From: an uncultured bacterium
GTDB lineage: Bacteria > Acidobacteriota > HRBIN11 > JAKEFK01
Length of the DNA stretch: 64,000 bases
Assembly: GCA_963777505.1 (NCBI GenBank)
Contig: CAVZQN010000001.1
Location: forward strand, 192,001 to 256,000
Direction: 5' to 3'
In this document: positions 29,038 to 39,461 of the stretch, piece after piece
How the letters are laid out: every line of letters starts with the position of its first letter
How positions within the stretch are numbered: position 1 is the first letter of the stretch
Translations under genes and position numbers: made by a program
Notes under the pieces: generated by a model
Told to the model about the DNA's origin: nothing
Database searches by the model: none
What the model saw: the letters and a program-made list of their open reading frames with translations, nothing else

Positions 29038-30609
29038 ATGCAAAAGATTTCACTTATTGCCCTCATTCTGTTCGTTTGCTGTACAGATTGTGAAAGTAAA
29101 GAGAAGTATCAGCAAGTTCGGATTTCTATTCCTAGCAGTAATGCATGGCGTACACTGACCAGCCTGGGAATTGCTCTGGAAGAAGGGGTTCGGCTTTACG
29201 AACGTGAAATCGAAATGATCGTCAATTCCAATGAGCTGAAAAAATTACAGGAAAATGGGTTCGCATTCGTAGTCATCCAAAACGATATGGAAGCTTTGTT
29301 TCGAAAAAGGCTGGCCGCGCAGACTCGCGATTCGTTTGCAAATGGAAGTATGGGTGGTTTTTATACTTTAGATGAAACCTTCGACTTGCTTCATGATTTC
29401 CGCATGCGATACAAGACACTGATTTCGGCACCCATCGAAATTGGCAGGTCTTCTGAAGGACGCCCTATTTTTGCGTTTCGTGTTTCAGAGAATGCAGGTG
29501 TTGATGAAAATGAGCCTGAGGTGCTGTACACCTCTCTGCATCATGCGCGAGAACCTCAGAGTCTCATGACGCTTCTTTACTTCATTGAAAGACTCCTGCA
29601 AGGTTACGGGAAGAATGCCGAAATAACGTACCTGATGCGGAACAGGCAGATGTGGTTTGTACCAGTCGTTAACCCGGATGGGTACATTTACAATGAACAA
29701 ACCAATCCAAGCGGAGGTGGATTGTGGCGGAAGAGTCGGAGTGCGAATGCCGATGGTTCCTTTGGAGTTGATCTCAACAGGAATTATGGATTTAAGTGGG
29801 GTTACGATAATTTAGGTTCAAGTCCAATACCCGCTGACGAAACGTATCGCGGACCGTCTCAATTTTCTGAACCCGAAATTCGAGCAATCCGTGATTTTGT
29901 AAAATCGCGCAAATTTGTTCTTTCGCTCAACTATCATAGCTTCCGCGATATGCTGATTTATCCGTGGGGTTATAAGAATGAAGAAACAATACAGGCTCCG
30001 ATTTTCAAAGAATACGCTACATGGATGACTCGAATTAATAAATACGGAATTGGAACGACCTGGGAAACCTTAGGTTATTTAACAAACGGCGAAGCAGACG
30101 ACTGGCTTTATGGAGATGTGCAAGGAAAAAATCGAACTCTTTCAATGACACCGGAAGTTGGAGGTTTTTTGGAAAGTTTCTGGCCTCCGCAGAGCCGCAT
30201 CAAGCCTCTTGCAGCCGAGAATTTTCAAGCCAACCTTGCACTCGCATGGTTGGCGGGTGGCTATGTGATTACTAAGCAAACCAGATCAACCGAATCTGCA
30301 GGAAATGGAAATGGTACGATTCAACCAGGCGAGCGAGCAAAAATTCGAATCACACTGCGCAATATGGGTTATCGATACACCATGAAAAATATTACAGCAA
30401 AGCTTCGAAGTTTGAATACTGCAGCATCAGTATCAACCTCCGTTGCAAATTTTGGCGAATTGAAACCTTTTCAAAACGCAGAGGAACTTTTTGATGTTGC
30501 TTTTGCTCGAACGGCAAATGTCGATAGTCCCATTCAGTTTGAAATTTCAATTTCGTCACAAGGGACGCTTCTTCGAAAGGATTTCTTTTCGATCAGACTT
30601 CAACGATAA
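29038..30609 (+). CDS. M14 zinc carboxypeptidase (carboxypeptidase T-like)
   Basis: HAREP, VNPDG, WRK, GVDLNRNY, FSEPE, NYHS, TPEVG; signal peptide. Confidence 0.9.
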   Translation: MQKISLIALILFVCCTDCESKEKYQQVRISIPSSNAWRTLTSLGIALEEGVRLYEREIEMIVNSNELKKLQENGFAFVVIQNDMEALFRKRLAAQTRDSFANGSMGGFYTLDETFDLLHDFRMRYKTLISAPIEIGRSSEGRPIFAFRVSENAGVDENEPEVLYTSLHHAREPQSLMTLLYFIERLLQGYGKNAEITYLMRNRQMWFVPVVNPDGYIYNEQTNPSGGGLWRKSRSANADGSFGVDLNRNYGFKWGYDNLGSSPIPADETYRGPSQFSEPEIRAIRDFVKSRKFVLSLNYHSFRDMLIYPWGYKNEETIQAPIFKEYATWMTRINKYGIGTTWETLGYLTNGEADDWLYGDVQGKNRTLSMTPEVGGFLESFWPPQSRIKPLAAENFQANLALAWLAGGYVITKQTRSTESAGNGNGTIQPGERAKIRITLRNMGYRYTMKNITAKLRSLNTAASVSTSVANFGELKPFQNAEELFDVAFARTANVDSPIQFEISISSQGTLLRKDFFSIRLQR

Positions 30610-30968
30610 ATTGGTGTAAACCCTGCCGTGTGAAGTGATCGTTCGATTGTCTTTAGATTGGTACGCTCAATATCAACCCAGAGTGTTACTTTTCTGTGAG
30701 ATGGATCGAGTTTGATTTCAGCAACGCCTGGTAAATCCTGAAGCGCCTGTTGAGCCGAATCCATTTTGTTTTCTTGAAGTCCCTGCAAGTGCATACGAAC
30801 CACCCGGATCGATTGCGTTTGGGAAAGGGAAACATTTATAGGATTCGCATCGGCGGAATTTTGATTGAGATAAGATAGCGATACAAATAGCAACACGGCA
30901 AGCGCTGAAAATGCAATCATTTTCAGCTGTACATTCAAATTCACCTGTTCACTTCGAAAGTACTTCAC
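30600..30968 (-). CDS. Membrane-anchored HMA-like domain protein lacking CxxC
   Basis: TM helix then LQGLQ..QQALQDLPGV..TIERSLHTAGF; upstream ECF-like GGCAAC-N16-CGAA. Confidence 0.6.
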   Translation of the reverse strand: MKYFRSEQVNLNVQLKMIAFSALAVLLFVSLSYLNQNSADANPINVSLSQTQSIRVVRMHLQGLQENKMDSAQQALQDLPGVAEIKLDPSHRKVTLWVDIERTNLKTIERSLHTAGFTPIYR

Positions 30969-31127
30969 TCGTGTTCACCTCTATTAACTTTTCGTCCTAT
31001 CCCGGTCATTGTTGCCTCTCTTTCAAGATAAACCTTAGGGCGAGCTTCTGGTAGTGCAATTTGATGTAAGTCCAATGAGGTTGTTCCCTCGTCTTAACAA
31101 ATGAAACACATGATGTGGAGGATATAA

Positions 31128-32069
31128 ATGAAGAAAGGATTATTGATCGGATTGCCCTTAGTGGCACTCTTAATCGCCGGTGGAGTCGTTTTTTCTCAGC
31201 CGGAACCTGAAGAAAGCGATTCGATCCATAAACACATTACAGACAGCTTTTCGAGAGGCGGATTCCGTCTCGGAATTGTTCTCGATGATACTCGGGGCGA
31301 GAGCGATGGTGTTACGATTGCCGAAGTTGTCCCCAATGGTCCTGCAGACAAAGCTGGCTTTCAATCCGGTGATGTCATCGTCAAAATCGACGGAAAATCA
31401 GTTACTACAACGAACCAGATTCGTGAGTCTTTGCGGAATCTTGAAGAACAAAAACAGATTGAAGTTGAAGTTCTGCGCGACGAAAAGCCAGTCACTCTGA
31501 CTGTAACACCTGAGAAACGTAGAATGGCATGGCATTTTCCAATGGGTCGACGTTATATCGGAGTGAATCTCCAGGAATTGGATTCCGATCTTGCATCGTA
31601 CTTCAAAGTCGATCCCAAGGCAGGATTACTCATCACCAGAATAGAACCCAAAGGTCCTGCGGCTGAAGCAGGAATTCGTTCAGGTGACATCCTGACACAT
31701 ATCGATGGCAAAAAAGTTACGGATGCCCGTCAAGTCAGCGACCTGATCGAAGAAGGAACTTCGGAAAGCGTAGAAGTTACAGTTCTTCGGAACGGAAACG
31801 AAATCAAGATGGTTGTTAAACCATCAAAACGAGAAATGTTTGACCCTTCCGAAATGCAACATCTAAGAGATCTTCCAAACATGCTTGAAAGTCCTGAATT
31901 TAAATCCGAGATGGATCAGCTAAGGAATCAACTCAAAGAGATGAAACAGGATTTAGAAGGGATCCGGAAAGAAGAGCTTGAATCATTGCGCGATGAAATT
32001 CAAAAAGAGCTGAAGATGGAAATGGATAAACTTCGCAGTGAATTAAAAGACAAAAAGAAAGAGCTGTAA
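31128..32069 (+). CDS. Exported tandem PDZ protein with C-terminal coiled coil
   Basis: RLGI..GPADKAGFQSGDVIVKIDG; YIGV..GPAAEAGIRSGDIL; no protease domain. Confidence 0.85.
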   Translation: MKKGLLIGLPLVALLIAGGVVFSQPEPEESDSIHKHITDSFSRGGFRLGIVLDDTRGESDGVTIAEVVPNGPADKAGFQSGDVIVKIDGKSVTTTNQIRESLRNLEEQKQIEVEVLRDEKPVTLTVTPEKRRMAWHFPMGRRYIGVNLQELDSDLASYFKVDPKAGLLITRIEPKGPAAEAGIRSGDILTHIDGKKVTDARQVSDLIEEGTSESVEVTVLRNGNEIKMVVKPSKREMFDPSEMQHLRDLPNMLESPEFKSEMDQLRNQLKEMKQDLEGIRKEELESLRDEIQKELKMEMDKLRSELKDKKKEL

Positions 32070-32131
32070 AAATGTACTTTTGTTAAAGGGTTGGCCTTCT
32101 GCCACCCACAGGCGACCCCGCATACCCGGAC

Positions 32132-32156
32132 GAGGGCGGTGCTTAACGCTGCCCTC
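32132..32156. terminator. Hairpin between convergent genes
   Basis: GAGGGCGGTG-CTTAA-CGCTGCCCTC. Confidence 0.4.
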
Positions 32157-32165
32157 GTTCATAGT

Positions 32166-34040
32166 TTACGCAGCTTTTAGATATTTATTCAGAAAATCCA
32201 GTATTGCTTTATAACCTTTTAGCTGATTTTCCTTTTTGCTAAACCCATGCCCCTCACCTTCAAACACAAGATATTCAACAACTCCATTCCGTTTGCGGAT
32301 TGCATTAACAATATCGTCTGATTCTTGTTTCAGGACCCTTGGGTCGTTGGCTCCTTGAAGAACCATTAGAGGTCTAACAATTTTATCTGCATGAAATAAG
32401 GGTGAAGTTGCCAAAAGTTTATCCTTGTCCTTGGATGGATCTCCAACCTCTTTGTAAAGTGCTTTTCGAAAGGATTCCCAGTAAGGCGGAATTGATTCAA
32501 GCGTGCGAACCCAATTTGAGATTCCAAACAGATCTATCCCGGCAGCAAACTCTTCAGGCTTGAGCGTCAGTGCTGCTAAAACCATATATCCGCCATAGCT
32601 GCCGCCAAAAATTCCAATCCGTTTCGGATCGACAAAATCCAGGGAGGAAAGATATTTTTTTCCTTCAACGCAATCCCATAATGGTTCGTAGCCATGCTTC
32701 CCATCATCCGAGGTAAAGAAAGTTTTTCCATAACCGCTGCTACCGCGATTGTTCACGCCTAAAATTACATAGCCATGATTCGCAAGATATTGCATCAATG
32801 AACTATAACCTTTGCGTGTTTGCCCGCCTGGCCCTCCGTGAACCCAAACGATTGCTGGGGCTTTGCTATCAACGGACGCTTGATGCGGTTTCAATAAGAT
32901 AGAAGGAATTTCGAGACCATCAAAGGATTTGTAACGAATTACCTGGGCATCGATAAGATCATCAGGGTTAATTTCAGGATTCTGAGTGTCCGTAAGTTTT
33001 CGATATTTCTTGTCTTCAAAATTGAAAACATAAAGGTTCGAAGGCGAACGATCACCATTGAAATAAAATGTCATCAATTTTTCGGTGTCGGAAATATTAA
33101 CGCTTGTAATATCGCCAAGTGGAAGGTCAGGCAAATTTATTTCTTTGCCCGTGTTTTGATCAACCAGCTCAATTTCGGTTCGTGCATCTTCGTTTATGGC
33201 GTCGACTCTGTATTTACCTTTATCAGATAAATAGGAATACATAATGTCCCAGTTTGCTTTCTTTACGCTTTCTTTCTTTCCAGTCGCAATATCATAGCGC
33301 TCCAGGTGGGCAAACTGTCCGCCTTCATCTGTTAAGTAATAAAGAGATTTGTTTTGCGGATCGAAATCCTGAGCCGTAAAATTAATTTCCCCTTGATGAG
33401 GCGTAAGATGTTTTGTCTCACCCTTCTGCAAATCAACTAAATACATATCCGAATCTGCTGTAGTATTGGTGCGAATAAGCGCGATGTATCGGCCGTCATT
33501 CGATACTGCAGAAACCGTAAAAGCTTCCTTGTTTTCGTAGATCAATTTCTTTTCATAGGTTGCGGCATCCATGCGATACAAATCAAACATTTTGGGATCG
33601 CGTTCATTGCTCACATAAAAAAATGTTTTTCGATCATGACTCCATCGATGAAATTGAATTGTAAACTTTGTTCCTGGTGTTAAGTCTTTAATTGTTCCGT
33701 CAATTTCACGAACGTAAAGATGATAGTTTTCGTCTCCGCCTTCATCCTGCTTAAACAGGATTCTGTCATCTGTAGGAAAGAACGACTCTGAATACGTTGT
33801 TTTAGAAAAAGTCGTTAGCTGCTTTGGTTGTCCACCAGAAACGGGGACGGTGTACAGATTGAAGACTCCTGACTTATTACTTGTGAAAAGAATTTGGGAA
33901 TCATCATGGGAAAAGGAACTTCCTGTTATCGAAGTAGTCGTGAGAAATTGTTCAATCGTGTATTGTTTAACGGATTTTGCGTCGGCCGCAAAAACCACAA
34001 GTACTTGAAGGATAAAAATAATCAAGATGTTCCGTTTCAT
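32166..34040 (-). CDS. S9 family peptidase (acylaminoacyl / prolyl oligopeptidase type)
   Basis: Signal peptide, propeller domain, HGGP, RGSSGYG, GGSYGG, GANDPRV, EGHG. Confidence 0.93.
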   Translation of the reverse strand: MKRNILIIFILQVLVVFAADAKSVKQYTIEQFLTTTSITGSSFSHDDSQILFTSNKSGVFNLYTVPVSGGQPKQLTTFSKTTYSESFFPTDDRILFKQDEGGDENYHLYVREIDGTIKDLTPGTKFTIQFHRWSHDRKTFFYVSNERDPKMFDLYRMDAATYEKKLIYENKEAFTVSAVSNDGRYIALIRTNTTADSDMYLVDLQKGETKHLTPHQGEINFTAQDFDPQNKSLYYLTDEGGQFAHLERYDIATGKKESVKKANWDIMYSYLSDKGKYRVDAINEDARTEIELVDQNTGKEINLPDLPLGDITSVNISDTEKLMTFYFNGDRSPSNLYVFNFEDKKYRKLTDTQNPEINPDDLIDAQVIRYKSFDGLEIPSILLKPHQASVDSKAPAIVWVHGGPGGQTRKGYSSLMQYLANHGYVILGVNNRGSSGYGKTFFTSDDGKHGYEPLWDCVEGKKYLSSLDFVDPKRIGIFGGSYGGYMVLAALTLKPEEFAAGIDLFGISNWVRTLESIPPYWESFRKALYKEVGDPSKDKDKLLATSPLFHADKIVRPLMVLQGANDPRVLKQESDDIVNAIRKRNGVVEYLVFEGEGHGFSKKENQLKGYKAILDFLNKYLKAA

Positions 34041-34062
34041 ATTTACCTCTGTTATTTTCCGC

Positions 34063-34650
34063 TCACGCGGTATTCGAATTATTGCCAACGGCGAGATTCC
34101 AACGTTTCATAACCCGACGAGTACTTTCTGATCCAAGAATGCTTACAGAGGCAGTGTCCAGCATAAAAAGGCCAGCGGTTACCGGAGCCAATCCTAACCA
34201 GCAGCAAGCAAGTACGCGCAAAAAATGACCATGCGAAAAGAGTGCAACATCTCCTTTTGCGTTTAAGATGCGTTCAATCGTACGTTGAGCCCGTTGTGCG
34301 ACCTGCTCCAACGTTTCACCGCCTGGAACTCCATTACTCCAGATCGTCCAACCAGGAATTTCCTGCCGAATTTCCTGTCGAGTTCTGCCTTCGTAATTGC
34401 CGTAGTCCCATTCGGCGATTTCGGATACGACAATCGCATTCTTTGCATAACCCGCAAGGCGACACGTGTCCTGAGCTCGCGATAACGGACTTACCAGAAC
34501 CATTTCAAAGGATTTACCGTTTAAGAATTTACCTACAGCCATCGCATGACTTTCCCCAGTTTCAGTCATAGGAATGTCACGCTTACCAGTATGTTGCCCT
34601 GTAACGGTCCAGGCAGTTTCTCCGTGCCGAATTAGCCAGATTTCACCCAT
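34063..34650 (-). CDS. Histidine phosphatase family protein
   Basis: LIRHGET, SPLSRA, EWDYG, SHGH. Confidence 0.92.
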   Translation of the reverse strand: MGEIWLIRHGETAWTVTGQHTGKRDIPMTETGESHAMAVGKFLNGKSFEMVLVSPLSRAQDTCRLAGYAKNAIVVSEIAEWDYGNYEGRTRQEIRQEIPGWTIWSNGVPGGETLEQVAQRAQRTIERILNAKGDVALFSHGHFLRVLACCWLGLAPVTAGLFMLDTASVSILGSESTRRVMKRWNLAVGNNSNTA

Positions 34651-34700
34651 GTATGTGTCTTCTTGAGAAGAAGCATTCTACCATGTATCCTCGAAGAGCC

Positions 34701-36278
34701 ATGATGAATGCTTGGAATAGGAAAGAATCACGGAAATGGTTTCTTTTTATCGGATTGGCTTTCCTTTTTATCTACGGCCTGAGCACTCTTCCTTTACTCG
34801 GCCCCGATGAACCAAGATACACACAGGTTGCGCGGCAGATGTTTGAAAGCGGTGATTGGATTACTCCGCGGCTTGGAGCTCATCCATGGTTTGAAAAGCC
34901 GGTCCTGCTTTACTGGCTGATGTCCGTGTCGTTTGCAGTGTTCGGAGTCAATGAATTTGCCGCCAGATTACCCTCTGCATTGTCCGCTTTTTTTTGTATT
35001 TATATCGTGTTCCGAATTGTAAAAATTGTGATCGAAGAAAATCGTGCATTGCTTTGTGCCGGAATCCTTGGATCCTGCGCATTTTTTATCGGCTTTTCGC
35101 ATGCTGCCACCTTCGACATGCTTCTGACTGCGTGCGTAACTGCTTCTTTATTTTACTTTTTTGAATATCTGATTGTTGACAGACAAAGGAAAAAGATTTT
35201 TGCAGCCTATGCATTTTGTGGTCTCGGCATTCTTGCAAAAGGTTTTGTAGCGCCAGCCGTGATCGTTATTGCTGCTGGAATTTTCTGGTTTCTAGAACGG
35301 GGATGGCGCGTAAAAATGCATTTCATTATTGGAGCCTTGATCGTAATCGCTATTGCCGGCATCTGGATGGTTCCCGTAACATTGATTCACGGAATGCGTT
35401 TCTGGGACGATTTCTTTTTCCAGCATCACTTGCAGCGATATACAACCAGCCAGTTTCATCGCTCTGAGGGATACTTTTTCTACCTGCCAATGCTTGCACT
35501 TGGAATGTATCCATGGACTGGCGGAATCTTTTGCGGCTTTAGAAACATACAGAGTGAAACAGAAAGCAAGCTCATTCGATTTGCTTATGTATGGCTGTTA
35601 TCAGGATTGTTATTCTTCAGCTTTTCACAATCAAAATTACCTGGATACATTCTGCCCATTGCGGCGCCATACGCTGTACTCTGCGGACTCTCATTGGTCG
35701 ATGCCTGGGTCAGCAACAAAAAGTTACGGATTTTGATTTGTCTCGGGATCTTTCATGTTCTCACCATTGCTGCGCTCTTGTGGGGAATCAATAAATTCCA
35801 GGTTCCACACACTCCAGTGTATCTAATGGCCGCTGCAATTTTGACAATCATGATTGTGTCTGCGTTTTTGTTGTTCAATAAAAAGCCGGCTGCAGCATTC
35901 ATCGCCCAGTGCGTTGCTCCTTTGGCTGCCATTTTTATCGCAGTGCATGGAATTTATCCAGCATCAAACTGGAATGAAACTCGGACGCTTGTAAAAGCTG
36001 TCGAACCCGAACTGAATGATCACAAAATAGCGGTTTTTAACATTTACGATTTTCCACTTGTGTTTTACGCGAATGCACGTGTCGAACTGGATGAACTTGG
36101 TTACTTTGTTAATTTAAAGAATGATAACGATCTATTTCAATATCTTTCCACTCGCGAGAAAGGCTTCATCATTACAAGCAATGAAGACCTTCCGTGGATG
36201 CAGCGAGCTCCATTTCTTCAGATCATTAAAGTAATTCCAGGACCTGAACGATCAATCGTAATTTTGAGACGTAAGTAG
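34701..36278 (+). CDS. ArnT-like lipid-linked glycosyltransferase (GT-C fold)
   Basis: PDEPRY, FEKPVLLYW, ARLPSA, LAKG, SKLPGYILP; many TM helices. Confidence 0.88.
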   Translation: MMNAWNRKESRKWFLFIGLAFLFIYGLSTLPLLGPDEPRYTQVARQMFESGDWITPRLGAHPWFEKPVLLYWLMSVSFAVFGVNEFAARLPSALSAFFCIYIVFRIVKIVIEENRALLCAGILGSCAFFIGFSHAATFDMLLTACVTASLFYFFEYLIVDRQRKKIFAAYAFCGLGILAKGFVAPAVIVIAAGIFWFLERGWRVKMHFIIGALIVIAIAGIWMVPVTLIHGMRFWDDFFFQHHLQRYTTSQFHRSEGYFFYLPMLALGMYPWTGGIFCGFRNIQSETESKLIRFAYVWLLSGLLFFSFSQSKLPGYILPIAAPYAVLCGLSLVDAWVSNKKLRILICLGIFHVLTIAALLWGINKFQVPHTPVYLMAAAILTIMIVSAFLLFNKKPAAAFIAQCVAPLAAIFIAVHGIYPASNWNETRTLVKAVEPELNDHKIAVFNIYDFPLVFYANARVELDELGYFVNLKNDNDLFQYLSTREKGFIITSNEDLPWMQRAPFLQIIKVIPGPERSIVILRRK

Positions 36279-36281
36279 TCA

Positions 36282-36306
36282 GTAGGGGCGGGTCTAAGAT
36301 CCGCCC
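36282..36306 (+). repeat. GTAG-type REP
   Basis: GTAG-GGGCGG-GTCTAAGAT-CCGCCC. Confidence 0.7.
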
Positions 36307-36355
36307 ACCACTCCGTAGCTTGATCACATCGCATATTTCCAGCACAATGTTTCTG

Positions 36356-37927
36356 ATGAATGATGAAGTTTTTCAAGGAATCGATGTCCCGGAGCAATTT
36401 AATTTAGCCGACCATTTACTGGATGCCAGAGTCCGTGAAGGACAAGGAAAACGTCCGGCAATTATTACCGACGAACAAATATTGAATTACTCGGATGTAC
36501 AAAAGCTTTCCAATACGTTTGCAAATGTGCTTCAGAATCTTGGAGTAGAACAAGAAAATCGGGTATTGATTTCACTTCCGGATATTCCTGAATTTGTGGG
36601 TGCTTTGTTTGGCATTCTTAAACTTGGCGCAGTTGTTGTGATGGTTAACCCACAGTTAAAAGTAGAAGACATGGAATACTTTCTGGATTACACGCGCGCA
36701 AAAATTGCGATCGTATCGCAGGAAAGTTACGATGCGCTTAAAGAAGCAGGAAAAACTTCCAGACACTTGAAAAAACTTTTGACGATTGGAATGAAAACGA
36801 ACGATTCTGCCAGTGTTGCATTTGAAGAACTGCGGAAAAATGCTTCTGCTGAATTCACCACGGTTATGACGCACCGAGACGATCCGGCAATCTGGTTATT
36901 CTCCGGAGGCACAACAGGCCGGCCAAAGGCAGTCGTGCAGACGCATCTTTCCTTTGCCAATACGACCGAATGTTACGGCAAACGTCATCTTGAATATTCA
37001 GAACTGGATCGAACACTTTCAGTCCCAAAACTATTTTTTGGATATGCAACAGGCAGTAATTTATTTTTTCCATTTTCAGTAGGTGCTTGTTCAGTCTTAT
37101 TTCCGGAACGATGCACTGCTGAAGTACTTTTCGAAAAAATTCGAAAGCATCGTCCCACTATCTTGATCAATGTTCCTACGATGGTAAATCAAATGGTGAG
37201 CCATCCTGAAGCTTCCAAACAAAATCTTTCTTGTCTTCGATTCGCAACTTCTGCTGGTGAAGCTCTCCCTGTAGAGTTATACGATCGCTGGAAGAAAAAT
37301 TTTGGTGTCGAATTATTGGATGGTCTTGGCACCGCTGAGATGTGGCATATTTTCATTTCGAATAAACCAGGCGAAGTGAAGCCTGGAACTGTCGGACGTG
37401 TCGTTCCAGGATTTGAAGTAAAAGCTGCAGATGAGGAAGGTCATGATGTTGCCCCTGGCGAAATTGGAATGTGCTGGGTTCGAGGCAGATCCCGCGCAAT
37501 CGCTTATTGGCAAAATCTTGAAAAAACATCAGGTGTGTTCCGTGGTGAATGGTACGTTACAGGCGATTTGATTCGGCGTGATGAGGATGGATTTTATACC
37601 CATTGCGGCCGCGGCGACGACATGATGAAAGTTTCAGGCAAATGGTTATCTCCGCAAGAATTAGAAAATTGTTTGCTAAAACATCCTTCTGTTCGGGAAT
37701 GTGCTGTCGTACCAATAACAGAAGCATCAGGCCTTACGAAACCTTGTGCCTATGTGGTGGCTTCGGAAATAAAAACAGGGCTGGATGAAGAATTAAAAGA
37801 ATTTGTTAAGAAAAATTTGGAACCATACAAATATCCACGCCAGATTTATTTTCTTGAAAGCCTGCCGCGGACGCATTTAGGAAAAGTAGATCGCGCTTCC
37901 CTCAAGAAAACCGCAAAGACGCAATGA
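36356..37927 (+). CDS. Benzoate-CoA ligase family protein
   Basis: FNLADHLL, WLFSGGTTGRPK, KLFFGYATG, SAGEALP, DGLGTAEMWHIF, GRGDDMMKVSGKW. Confidence 0.87.
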   Translation: MNDEVFQGIDVPEQFNLADHLLDARVREGQGKRPAIITDEQILNYSDVQKLSNTFANVLQNLGVEQENRVLISLPDIPEFVGALFGILKLGAVVVMVNPQLKVEDMEYFLDYTRAKIAIVSQESYDALKEAGKTSRHLKKLLTIGMKTNDSASVAFEELRKNASAEFTTVMTHRDDPAIWLFSGGTTGRPKAVVQTHLSFANTTECYGKRHLEYSELDRTLSVPKLFFGYATGSNLFFPFSVGACSVLFPERCTAEVLFEKIRKHRPTILINVPTMVNQMVSHPEASKQNLSCLRFATSAGEALPVELYDRWKKNFGVELLDGLGTAEMWHIFISNKPGEVKPGTVGRVVPGFEVKAADEEGHDVAPGEIGMCWVRGRSRAIAYWQNLEKTSGVFRGEWYVTGDLIRRDEDGFYTHCGRGDDMMKVSGKWLSPQELENCLLKHPSVRECAVVPITEASGLTKPCAYVVASEIKTGLDEELKEFVKKNLEPYKYPRQIYFLESLPRTHLGKVDRASLKKTAKTQ

Positions 37928-37953
37928 CACTAAGATAAAGTCACAAATACTAA

Positions 37954-38059
37954 GGGAGCGCGGACGTCCCGTCCGCATTGGGGATCGCAGGCGTCTCGCC
38001 TGCAAAATTGCGGACTGGAAGTCCGCGGTCCCTGATGCAGGCCAGAGGCCTGCGGTCCC
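37954..38059. repeat. Cluster of four GGGA-GCG(G/A) palindromes (REP-like, 2 direct + 2 inverted)
   Basis: GGGAGCGCGGACGTCCCGTCCGCA / GGGATCGCAGGCGTCTCGCCTGCA / TGCGGACTGGAAGTCCGCGGTCCC / TGCAGGCCAGAGGCCTGCGGTCCC. Confidence 0.75.
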
Positions 38060-38076
38060 CTGCCCCTTGCAGTGAA

Positions 38077-38568
38077 TTATTTCAAACCATTGTACAGCGA
38101 TTCCATCGAAAGCAAATATTTTTTGATTTCCAAACCACCGCCGTATCCAACCAGTTTCCCATTGTGTCCAATGACCCGGTGACATGGAATCACGATCGGA
38201 AGTGGATTCGCGCCATTTGCTGCGCCTACAGCTCGCACGGCTTCCGGTGTTCCAATCTTTTTGGCCAGATCAAGATAACTGATCGTTTCTCCATATGGAA
38301 TCGTTTGAAGACCTTCCCATACCCTCATTCGAAACGGTGTTCCATGAGGCACTAGAGGTACATTAAATTCAAATCGTTCACCACGAAAATATTCTTCAAG
38401 CTGTTTTACAATTTCTGTCTTCAGACGGTCGACACGTTTCCAGGAACCGTTGTGAGGTGGTTTATCTTTTTTGTGGAAGTGAATCGCAAGTACGCCAGAT
38501 GAATTTTCAGCAATCTGCAATTCTCCAACCGGACTCTTTAGGCTCAAATAACAAACATCTTCACTCAT
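38077..38568 (-). CDS. ogt: Methylated-DNA-protein-cysteine methyltransferase
   Basis: GTPF..VW, IPYGETISY, RAVGAANGANP, IPCHRV. Confidence 0.95.
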   Translation of the reverse strand: MSEDVCYLSLKSPVGELQIAENSSGVLAIHFHKKDKPPHNGSWKRVDRLKTEIVKQLEEYFRGERFEFNVPLVPHGTPFRMRVWEGLQTIPYGETISYLDLAKKIGTPEAVRAVGAANGANPLPIVIPCHRVIGHNGKLVGYGGGLEIKKYLLSMESLYNGLK

Positions 38569-38607
38569 ATTGATATTTTACTCGGCGTACTCGGCGTTAA
38601 GAAGAGC

Positions 38608-39459
38608 TTAATCTGCCAAACTTGCCCACAAATAAAGCACTGCATAACTGCGCCACGGACGCCATCGTTCCGCGTATTTTATTAACTCAATATCAGTTAA
38701 CTCTTTACCAATTAGCCTTGCTGCCGCCTTACGTAACCCAACATCGCGCGGCAAAAATACATCGGTTTCTCCGAAGGCTCGTAACGCAATGTAATGAGCC
38801 GTCCATGGACCAATTCCCGGCAAATCACAAAATCTTCGAATAATTTCTTCAAGAGGCAGTCCTGGTTCAGGAATTTGCTTTTCAACTGTTGCTTTCGCAA
38901 GCATGCGGAGTGTTTCTGCTCTTCGCGCAGGAATTCCAAATCCATTCAGCGGCGCATCTAAAATCTGTTCCGCAGTCGGAAATAATCTGGCTTCTGTTCC
39001 GATGGCTGTTCCAAACTTTTGTACAATCCGTCCAGCGATCGTTCGTGCTGCGCGAACTGTAATTTGTTGCCCTAATACAGCCCGCATTGCAATCTCAAAC
39101 CAGCTCCATGCCCCCGGAAGACGGATCCCTGGATACTTTTTTACAACTTTGCCGATTGATGGATCCTTATTCAGGATTCCGGAAATTGCTTTCGAATCAG
39201 CCTCTAGATCAAAGACGCGGCCGACAGTGCGTACTATGTTAGTAGTACTATTAGTAAGGGAAGCAGGAATTTCAACTGAAATGGATTGCTGGTCGGGATT
39301 GTGTCGTATTTTTAGGATACCGGAGTTCCCATCAATAGAAAGAGTACGGCTATAAGAATCTGAATGAACCCATTCAACAGGTTCAATCGCGCGTGTTCCA
39401 AAAAAATGTAGAGTATGCTGCCAGTTCAATGGCGATTTGTAGGATATTTCAACGTCCAT
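38608..39459 (-). CDS. alkA: DNA-3-methyladenine glycosylase II (AlkA N-terminal + HhH-GPD)
   Basis: RAVLGQQIT, FPTAE, LPGIGPWTAHY, D(VFL), WRPWRSYA. Confidence 0.9.
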   Translation of the reverse strand: MDVEISYKSPLNWQHTLHFFGTRAIEPVEWVHSDSYSRTLSIDGNSGILKIRHNPDQQSISVEIPASLTNSTTNIVRTVGRVFDLEADSKAISGILNKDPSIGKVVKKYPGIRLPGAWSWFEIAMRAVLGQQITVRAARTIAGRIVQKFGTAIGTEARLFPTAEQILDAPLNGFGIPARRAETLRMLAKATVEKQIPEPGLPLEEIIRRFCDLPGIGPWTAHYIALRAFGETDVFLPRDVGLRKAAARLIGKELTDIELIKYAERWRPWRSYAVLYLWASLAD

Positions 39460-39461
39460 TT

